Of a stretch of DNA of 33,887 bases, positions 9,217-16,418 are shown piece after piece. Under the pieces are notes generated by a model. The model searched no databases. It saw only the letters and a program-made list of their open reading frames with translations, and was not told the origin of the DNA. This DNA is from an uncultured Desulfonema sp. (lineage in GTDB: Bacteria; Desulfobacterota; Desulfobacteria; Desulfobacterales; DYRC01): assembly GCA_964564775.1 (NCBI GenBank), contig CAZMDM010000131.1, positions 1-33,887 of the forward strand, written 5' to 3'. A program made the translations under genes and the position numbers. Each line of letters opens with the position of its first letter. Within the stretch, counting starts at the first letter, position 1.

Positions 9217-10641
9217 TTATTTTGCTTTTGGAATGCTGAATCCGAAAGTACTCCCTTTGCCTTCATCGCTTTTCACCCATATCGTTCCGCCGTGTGCTTC
9301 GATCAGATGCTTGGTAATGCTCAGTCCCAACCCCATGCCGTCCATGCGTTCTCTCATATCTTTTGCCCGGTAATATTTGTTGAAAATAAACGCCTGTTCT
9401 TCTTTGGAAATACCAGGTCCGTTATCGGATATGGTGAATATCAGCATATCTCCACTATCTTCGACGCTAACAAAGATTTCTGAACCGGATGGCGAAAATT
9501 TGATCGCATTGCCCAGCAGATTGGCAAATACCTGCTGAAGATACTTGGCATCCCCCATTATATCCGGCAGTTCACGGGAAATATCGGCTCTGATCACAAT
9601 CTCTTTGGATTCCGCGGATGCCCTGAAATGTTCCAAACATTCGGAAACAAAGGAATATGTGGTCAATGCACAGGCGCGGACATTGAAAACTCCCGATTCT
9701 AGAGAAGATACCTGCATGATACGATTCAGAAAATCACATACTCTGCCGATTTCGAGGCTCGCGATTTCCAGAAATTTCCGCTGGCGGCTGTTGATATCTC
9801 CCATGATGCCTTCCGCAATCAGGTTCACGGATTCGCGAATGGAAGTCAGAGGCGTTCTGATTTCATGGCTCAGCATCGAAATAAAATCGGAACGCATCCG
9901 TTGTTCTTCTTTAAGCCGAAATGCCATTTCATTGAACGCGGATGCCACGGTTCCAAATTCATCACCGGAACGGATTCGGATAGGATCACTTCGGCGATCC
10001 TGAGAAATCGAGCGGATTCCGTTCAGCAATTCTCTCAGGGGGCGGATCATGGAATATGCCAGCATCATACCGCTGATCAGCCCCAGAACAATCGAACTGC
10101 CCAGCCCGATCACGCCGTTTCGCATGGCAAGCCGTCCCCGAAAATTCATTGCCAGATTTGCCTGTTCCATTTCCTTTTCATTTTCCGATCTGGCTAAAGA
10201 AATATTTTCCACCAATTCGTTGATCGCATCTTCGGGAATCCACAACGTTTCCGACTCATGATTTCCCCGAATATCTTTATTTTTGGAAGAATATTCGCTG
10301 TAAATACTTGCAATCAGATTCCATTTCTTCGAAGCAGTCTGAATCTCCAATGCTGCTGCAAGATTTTTTTCAAACTCCGATCGTGCTGAAATAAAATATT
10401 GCAGATATTCTTCCTTTTTCAGTAAAAGATATTTCTTCTCGTTTTCCTCCATATTCAGCAGGTTTTCGATCATTTTTTTGGATGAAGAGGAAAGTTTGTA
10501 GTTTTTATTCAGAATGTTTTCAGATAGTTTCATCATTTCACGAATATCGTCATACAACACCAGCACTGTGCCGAAAAATATCAGCACAAATACCAGATAC
10601 CAGATAAACAGTTTTCCTGTAATGCCAGAGATGAATTTCAT
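9217..10641 (-). CDS. Sensor histidine kinase (2 TM, HAMP, HisKA, HATPase_c); no response regulator nearby
   Basis: 474 aa. TM1 is LFIWYLVFVLIFFGTVLVLY, followed by an extracytoplasmic segment of about 150 aa, TM2 and HAMP (RPLRELLNGI...GDEFGTVASAFNEMAFRL). The H-box is SHEIRTPLTSI, the N-box is NLLGNAIKF, and the G-boxes are DNGPGI and GMGLGLSI. Confidence 0.9.
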   Translation of the reverse strand: MKFISGITGKLFIWYLVFVLIFFGTVLVLYDDIREMMKLSENILNKNYKLSSSSKKMIENLLNMEENEKKYLLLKKEEYLQYFISARSEFEKNLAAALEIQTASKKWNLIASIYSEYSSKNKDIRGNHESETLWIPEDAINELVENISLARSENEKEMEQANLAMNFRGRLAMRNGVIGLGSSIVLGLISGMMLAYSMIRPLRELLNGIRSISQDRRSDPIRIRSGDEFGTVASAFNEMAFRLKEEQRMRSDFISMLSHEIRTPLTSIRESVNLIAEGIMGDINSRQRKFLEIASLEIGRVCDFLNRIMQVSSLESGVFNVRACALTTYSFVSECLEHFRASAESKEIVIRADISRELPDIMGDAKYLQQVFANLLGNAIKFSPSGSEIFVSVEDSGDMLIFTISDNGPGISKEEQAFIFNKYYRAKDMRERMDGMGLGLSITKHLIEAHGGTIWVKSDEGKGSTFGFSIPKAK

Positions 10642-10845
10642 GTCGCCATCATTCTGAAGTCGGAAGTCAAAACCTGAAATTTCAGCTTAACAGAAGCGTT
10701 ATTCTAAGTCAATCATCAGTATATCTGTGATTCGGAACGAAAATAAACATAATATCAAATCGCTAAGTCCCGTAGGGACGATCCCTAATCGCCCGAAAAT
10801 TGATTTCCGGGTTTTGGATTTGTCGGAAATCTGAATACATATCAT

Positions 10846-11805
10846 TCATTTCAAAGAATGGCTATCTGTAAGCCGCAATGAACGCTCGATAATATCCGAA
10901 ATGCCTTTGGTCAAGCCCTGAGGCATAAAAATCATCACCAGCATCAGTATCAAGCCATAGACCACCATTTCGAATTCGGAAAAGGTGTGCAGCCATTCGG
11001 GTAGCAGTGTCAGCAGAGATGCTCCCAGCAGCGCGCCCCAGACACTTGCCATTCCGCCGATAACCACCATCGTAACCATTCGGATCGAAGATAAAAAATC
11101 AAAGGTTCCGGGACTAATGAAGCTGACGAAATGTGCATATAAAAATCCTGCCAAGGATGCCATTCCTGCGCTGAAGACAAATATCATCAATTTGAGATTC
11201 TGAGTGTTGACGCCTACCGCTCCTGCCGCGCGCTCGCTGTCATGGATAGATCGTAATGCCCTGCCGATTCTAGAATCAATCATTCTTCGGCAGATAATAA
11301 TGCTGATCAGCACTGAACCCCATACCAGATAAAAATAGTTCGAGCCGCTTGCAAAAGAAAGCTTTCCGATTTCCAATGAAGGAATGCCAACAAAACCAGA
11401 TGCGCCGCCGGTCAGTGCCGCCCATTCCCGAAAAACAATGGCAACAATCATGCCGAACCCCAGCGTTCCCATGCCCAGATAATAGCCGGAAAGCTTCAGT
11501 GTCGGAATCCCCACAAAAAATGCCACGAGCGTTGCCAGCCCAATCGCGCACGGCAGAGCAATCCAGGGCGAAATGTGATAGGTAACACACAATATTGCTG
11601 TGGTATATGCGCCGATCCCGTAAAACGCGCCGTGTCCCAGAGAAATCTGTCCCGCATATCCCATCAGCATATTCAAGCCCAATGCCAGAAGCGTATTGAT
11701 GCCGATAAACGTGAGCAGTTGAATATAGTAGGAACTTTTGATCAGCATTCCGCAGAGAATAATGATTATCAGAAAAATAAAGTATTGAATATAAACTGAT
11801 TTCAT
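10846..11805 (-). CDS. LivM-type ABC transporter permease (branched-chain amino acid transporter family); no LivH/F/G/K partners in the window
   Basis: 319 aa and polytopic. Signatures are GLNMLMGYAGQISLGHGAFYGIGAYT, RIGRALRSIHDSERAAGAVGVN, FSAGMASLAGFLYA and ISPGTFDF..SI....VIGGMASVWGALLGA, the standard LivM pattern. Confidence 0.85.
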   Translation of the reverse strand: MKSVYIQYFIFLIIIILCGMLIKSSYYIQLLTFIGINTLLALGLNMLMGYAGQISLGHGAFYGIGAYTTAILCVTYHISPWIALPCAIGLATLVAFFVGIPTLKLSGYYLGMGTLGFGMIVAIVFREWAALTGGASGFVGIPSLEIGKLSFASGSNYFYLVWGSVLISIIICRRMIDSRIGRALRSIHDSERAAGAVGVNTQNLKLMIFVFSAGMASLAGFLYAHFVSFISPGTFDFLSSIRMVTMVVIGGMASVWGALLGASLLTLLPEWLHTFSEFEMVVYGLILMLVMIFMPQGLTKGISDIIERSLRLTDSHSLK

Positions 11806-12929
11806 ACTATCTCCGAAAGAGCCGCAATGATCTTTTCCTGTATCTCACGGGTCAGATACGGGTGCATGGGAATACTGAAAATTCTTTCCGAGCAGTCTTC
11901 GCTGATCGGAAAATCTCCGCGTGTATATCCCAGATATGCAAATGCCTGCTGGAGATGAAGCGGCTTGGGATAATAAATAGCTGCCGGAATACCGGATGCC
12001 GCCAGTTTTTCCAGAATTTTTCCGCGCTGACGGCTATCCGATGCAAGCAGCGAATATTGCGCCCACGCGCTTACAATTCCTGACGGAATCGTTGGAGTGC
12101 AAAATGCAACGTGCAACGTGCAAAGTTGAGTGTAAGTTTGAGCGATAATCTGGCGCAATTGCAGTTCTTCGGGAAAAATGTCGAGCTTGGCGAGCAGAAT
12201 CGCTGCCTGAATCGTGTCCATTCTTCCGTTGATGCCGACTCTTACATTGTCATACCGGTCGCTTCCCTGCCCGTGATTGCGGATCGAGCGCAGAATATCG
12301 GCAATGTTATCGTTATCGGTGAAGACTGCGCCGCCGTCTCCGTAGCATCCCAAAGGCTTTGCCGGAAAAAATGAGGTGCAGGCAATATCTGCCAATGAAC
12401 AGGCTTTTCTGCCATGATATTCGGCTCCGAAAGACTGCGCTGCGTCTTCGATCACAAATAGCCTGTGTTTTTTGGCGATCTCGTTGATCGCATCATAATC
12501 TGCCGGAAGTCCGAATAAGTCAACAGCGATAATGCCTCTGACATTCGGTGTTCTGCGGATTGCATGCTCAAGCTTTGCCGGATCAATATTATATGTTTTC
12601 GGATCAATATCGGCAAATACCGGCATTGCGCCCAGCAGGGCAATCACCTCGGCAGTCGCGATAAAGGTGAACGGCGTTGTGATAACCGCATCTTCCGGAG
12701 CGACTCCGTAAGCCATCAATGCCATGAGCAATGCGTCTGTACCGGAAGCACAGCAAATTGCATGTTTTGTGCCGCAGTATTCGGACAGCCGATGTTCCAG
12801 ATCTTCGATTTCCGGTCCCATGACATATTTCCCGTGATCCAAAACCCCACGGATGTTTTCTTCGATGTTTGCCCGGATTCTGCTCTGCTGGGCAGCAAGG
12901 TCTATGAATTGCATCATCCCTCTCTTCAT
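11802..12929 (-). CDS. DegT/DnrJ/EryC1/StrS-family PLP-dependent sugar aminotransferase
   Basis: 375 aa: QFIDLAAQ..RI...I...I..VLDHGKYVMGPEIEDLE..L.EYCGTKHAICCASGTDALLMAL, then the DAAQSFG and FFPAKPLGCYGDGGA motifs. The start may be the ATG at 12914 (MQFIDL), which follows GAGGG. The stop overlaps the LivM-like start as ATGA (11805..11802). Confidence 0.9.
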   Translation of the reverse strand: MKRGMMQFIDLAAQQSRIRANIEENIRGVLDHGKYVMGPEIEDLEHRLSEYCGTKHAICCASGTDALLMALMAYGVAPEDAVITTPFTFIATAEVIALLGAMPVFADIDPKTYNIDPAKLEHAIRRTPNVRGIIAVDLFGLPADYDAINEIAKKHRLFVIEDAAQSFGAEYHGRKACSLADIACTSFFPAKPLGCYGDGGAVFTDNDNIADILRSIRNHGQGSDRYDNVRVGINGRMDTIQAAILLAKLDIFPEELQLRQIIAQTYTQLCTLHVAFCTPTIPSGIVSAWAQYSLLASDSRQRGKILEKLAASGIPAAIYYPKPLHLQQAFAYLGYTRGDFPISEDCSERIFSIPMHPYLTREIQEKIIAALSEIV

Positions 12930-12989
12930 TTTACATACTAATCACCACTTTTATCAATTTTCTAAGAACTGGTCAATGGAATGAGCGAA

Positions 12990-13034
12990 ATATAAAGAAA
13001 TATAAAACTGAAGCAGCCCATCTACCACTTCAGC
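12990..13034 (-). terminator. Probable Rho-independent terminator after the VIT-vWA gene
   Basis: On the minus strand, CTGAAG (complement of 13028..13033) pairs with CTTCAG (complement of 13008..13013) around a 14-nt loop. TTTTATATTTCTTTATATTT follows. The stem is short, so this is tentative. Confidence 0.4.
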
Positions 13035-13058
13035 GTATACCGTTGGGATTGAGTTATC

Positions 13059-16000
13059 CTATTTCTGCCAAAATTCTTTGAAAAAATTGATAAAAGAAGA
13101 ATCGAGTTCTGTCTTGGCAACCTCGATGATCTGTTTTTGCCCGGTCAGCGCAACTGATTTATGGATGAGCTTTTCATTCGGAGTTCCCCAGTATTGATAA
13201 ATACTGACATAGACTTTGCTGCGCGTGCTTGCCCGGTTCTCATCAGATCTGAAATACTGAACATTCACTTTATAAGTTCCCGATTCCGCAGATTCCGAAC
13301 TCATGTACATTTCTGGACCGTAACCATCAGTAACATCGCGGGTGATACGACCGCCTCGTTTGGTTGTCCTGCGGTTGTAATAACATTCCTCGCCGTCAGG
13401 CTCCGTAACATGGAGATCAACATCGGTTTTGTCAGTGTTCCATGTCGCGATGACCACTATCGGAGGCTTGGGATCAGGCTTTTCCGCAAGTTTCTTCAGG
13501 CGTACTTCCGCGTAATCTTTCACCGAGCTTGTCAATTTGCCTTTGTCAATCATCTTCAGCAGCCGCAGATAATCCATATTCAGAATCATGGCAAATTCTC
13601 CGGCTCTTCCGCTCCAATTGCTGTTTGATGCGACTTCGTAATATGCCAATGCCAAGTCTGTTTTTCCGATATCGGTCAGACAGAGTGCCATTTCCCGATA
13701 CAGGATAAACTCATGCGGACGGATTTCCGCGACCCGCCGGAGCAGATGATAGGCATGACTTGCAAATCCCATCTCCATTGCGGTGAATGCGATATCTCGG
13801 CAAAGCGCGGGATCGCTCGGATTCTGCTCGATCAGCGAACTCAGAGCTTTCAATGCGTCATCCTTGGTGTATTTCGATTTCCGGTTTTCTGCTTCCAGAT
13901 ACAGCGTATCATAATCGAGCTTAGCGGATGCAAGCTGTTCGCGGATCAGCCCGGAAATATCATTCTGTGTATGCACCTTGCATTTCAAGGCTTTCGGCTG
14001 AACCACAAAGGATTCCTCCGGCATTTTATCCAGAGTCATCTGAAATGCGGTGGAAAGGTTGAAATTCATCAGAGGAACTTTTTTCAGTTTTTCCAATGCG
14101 CTCATAAATCGGGCTTTGGCATGAGCCGAATTTTCTTCCATTTTTTGAATCTGTTTGGCAATCACTTCGGACGCATTGGTGATTTTGACCACAAACGCAT
14201 CTTCCTGCGGCTTGATATTGAAACGCTGATAATCCGCCTCGCTTTCCAGCATGAGCAAGGAGCAGGTCTGACCCGTGATGCGGAAATGCCGGGAATATGC
14301 TTCGGGTTCTGCCGGAACGGTTTCTTTAAATTCCTCCATCTGTCCGACTGCAACCTGACCGTAAATGCGCGGGGTCAGATCAGAGGATATCGGATAAGGA
14401 AGCGTTATGGGAATGCGGGTTTGCTTTCCATACTGAGCAACCGTCAGCACTGCCTGCCCGCCTTTTTCAGGACTTCCTTTGCCGACAACAGTCAGTTCCT
14501 GTCCCGGAAAAACAGATTCCGGGCGTCCTGCAATCAGGATATCCTTTGCGCCGGGAACGGAAATCCCGACCATCTGCCACGGACGGCTGCGATGGGCGGT
14601 GGAAGCGGGCTGCACTTCCGCGTCTCCGGTGATCGAAAATACCGATCCGCCCGAAATTCGTGCCAAGTTGGACAACAGCCGCGTATCTGTTCCCGAAAGT
14701 CCGGTCTGATACGCGAACAATGACGCGGCATTGCCGGATCTCAGCATTTCGGAAATCGCGTTGCTATCTGATTCTCCCCACGTAGCAGAACCGTCACTGA
14801 GCAGAAAAATATCCCATTTATCCGAAATTTTGGCTTTATCCGCCCATGAAGGCTGAGAGGCTTCTTTCAGCGCGGAAGCCATATCTGTCGCACCTTCGAG
14901 CGCAAGTGTTTTCATGTATGCGGATAATGCTTGAAGATTTTCGGGCGTGTTTTCCGAAAAGCCTTCTTTCCACCAGAAAGTTTCGATATTGAAAAACATT
15001 ACTGCAAACTGCTTTAATTGATCCCGATTGTTTTTCAAAATGGCTTCGATCATGGCAAGCCAGATATTGAAGCGATCCGGGTTCGAACTGAGCGATACAT
15101 CCACGGCAAACACAGCATACGAAGAACCGGGAACCTGAGATTCGGGAATATCGGGCTTGAATTTCAGGGCAAAATAATCGCCGGTTTCCGCATCTTTGCC
15201 GGTCATAAACATGCTGCCCACATTGCTGAGTCGGACAGTCAATGCTCGTTCCAGCGGCTTTTCAAAGCGGTAATGCGTGCGGTTTCCGGTTTTTGTGCCG
15301 TTGAGATCGGGCGAAATGCTCACGGATACGCCCGGCATCTGGGATACGAGAATATCTGCAACCGTATTCGGGATATTGACCGGAAGATCGAGGCGGTATT
15401 CCAAATCTTTGCCGGCTTTGATCAGATCGGTATCATAGCCGATCACCACCCGGTGCAGTTTTCGGGGCATGATCGGATACAGGCGGGTGCTGAAAATTCC
15501 GGGTCCAGACCATTCCATCAGCGCGGGATCAACCTTTTTGCGGACGGTTTCCTGATAGGCAATCGCGGCTTTTTCTCTGGGAACCATTCTGGCTTCTTTC
15601 AGCACTTTCCAAGTATTTTTGCGATCAGAAACAATCTGTTCTGGCGACCAGCCGTTTTTCACTATCTCGTCCGCGCTTTCGAATTTGGGCATCTGGCTCA
15701 TATTTTCTTCATAAAGCACCGATTCGCCGAAAGCCAGAAAATACGGAGATGCTTCATCCGGCAATCTTAAGGAAAAATTGCCTTCGAACATCCGATCCCG
15801 GTCATTATAGAAAAAGATATCCATCAATACCCTTGCCCGAAAACCATCTACATGAACCGTGATCTGAGTGCCTTTGATCGGCAGTTCTTCGGTTTCTCCG
15901 ATCATCAGACGCAGGGTATTGGGCTGAATTTCGGAGCGTTTCCATGTAGTTACTTTATCATCAGCTTTTTCCCTATCCTTGCGAACAGAGGGAGCAGCCA

Positions 16001-16268
16001 TCTCACTCTTTTCAGCTCTGACGGGTGCGGAGTCTGCTTCCATCGCTGCTCCGGTTCTTCCGATAGAAGACGGTTCAGCTTTTGTCGCTCCTGCCACAGG
16101 TGAAGACTTCGGTGCTGACATGCCCGGCGAGGATGACGATGACGAATATCCCGTATCGCTTGATTTTACCGATTTTTTTTCAGCACAGCTTATGAAAACC
16201 GCAAATAATACGACCAACAGAAACACCATGAGACAAAAAAACACAGATTTCTTTTTGTTTTCGGACAT
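13059..16268 (-). CDS. Large secreted lipoprotein with VIT, von Willebrand factor A (MIDAS intact), TPR and C-terminal DUF2135 (YfaP-like) regions
   Basis: 1069 aa with RBS GGAG 8 nt upstream. The signal peptide has a lipobox-like VFISC, followed by a Ser/Ala/Pro-rich linker of about 90 aa. A VIT-like block follows (IKGTQITVHVDGFRARVLMDIFFYND...FSLRLPDEASPYFLAFG). The vWA domain has DVSLS, GATDM and LLSDGS (MIDAS D-x-S-x-S, T, D). TPR-like helices follow (ALCRDIAFTAMEMGFASHAYHLLRRVAEIRP...). The C-terminal TDVDLHVTEPDGEECYYNRRTTKRGGRITRDVTDGYGPEMY matches my recollection of DUF2135. Confidence 0.75.
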   Translation of the reverse strand: MSENKKKSVFFCLMVFLLVVLFAVFISCAEKKSVKSSDTGYSSSSSSPGMSAPKSSPVAGATKAEPSSIGRTGAAMEADSAPVRAEKSEMAAPSVRKDREKADDKVTTWKRSEIQPNTLRLMIGETEELPIKGTQITVHVDGFRARVLMDIFFYNDRDRMFEGNFSLRLPDEASPYFLAFGESVLYEENMSQMPKFESADEIVKNGWSPEQIVSDRKNTWKVLKEARMVPREKAAIAYQETVRKKVDPALMEWSGPGIFSTRLYPIMPRKLHRVVIGYDTDLIKAGKDLEYRLDLPVNIPNTVADILVSQMPGVSVSISPDLNGTKTGNRTHYRFEKPLERALTVRLSNVGSMFMTGKDAETGDYFALKFKPDIPESQVPGSSYAVFAVDVSLSSNPDRFNIWLAMIEAILKNNRDQLKQFAVMFFNIETFWWKEGFSENTPENLQALSAYMKTLALEGATDMASALKEASQPSWADKAKISDKWDIFLLSDGSATWGESDSNAISEMLRSGNAASLFAYQTGLSGTDTRLLSNLARISGGSVFSITGDAEVQPASTAHRSRPWQMVGISVPGAKDILIAGRPESVFPGQELTVVGKGSPEKGGQAVLTVAQYGKQTRIPITLPYPISSDLTPRIYGQVAVGQMEEFKETVPAEPEAYSRHFRITGQTCSLLMLESEADYQRFNIKPQEDAFVVKITNASEVIAKQIQKMEENSAHAKARFMSALEKLKKVPLMNFNLSTAFQMTLDKMPEESFVVQPKALKCKVHTQNDISGLIREQLASAKLDYDTLYLEAENRKSKYTKDDALKALSSLIEQNPSDPALCRDIAFTAMEMGFASHAYHLLRRVAEIRPHEFILYREMALCLTDIGKTDLALAYYEVASNSNWSGRAGEFAMILNMDYLRLLKMIDKGKLTSSVKDYAEVRLKKLAEKPDPKPPIVVIATWNTDKTDVDLHVTEPDGEECYYNRRTTKRGGRITRDVTDGYGPEMYMSSESAESGTYKVNVQYFRSDENRASTRSKVYVSIYQYWGTPNEKLIHKSVALTGQKQIIEVAKTELDSSFINFFKEFWQK

Positions 16269-16418
16269 TTTGCGTTCTCCTTTGTTTATGGGGCATTATT
16301 GCCCGACTTCCCAATCCGCACAAATCATCAGAGATGATCTATCAGAATATTATCAAATTGACAACAGATTAAACTTGTTATATTTCTCTGAAAAATTCCG
16401 GAAATGAATTTTGGGGAA

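Noticed and set aside
10767-10787. Overlapping alternative hairpins (GTCCC-gta-GGGAC versus TAGGGA-cga-TCCCTA) downstream of the LivM-like gene, considered as an attenuator or terminator.
   Set aside because: The stems are only 5-6 bp, with no convincing U-tract on the relevant (minus) strand. The element is too small to distinguish from chance or a REP-like remnant.
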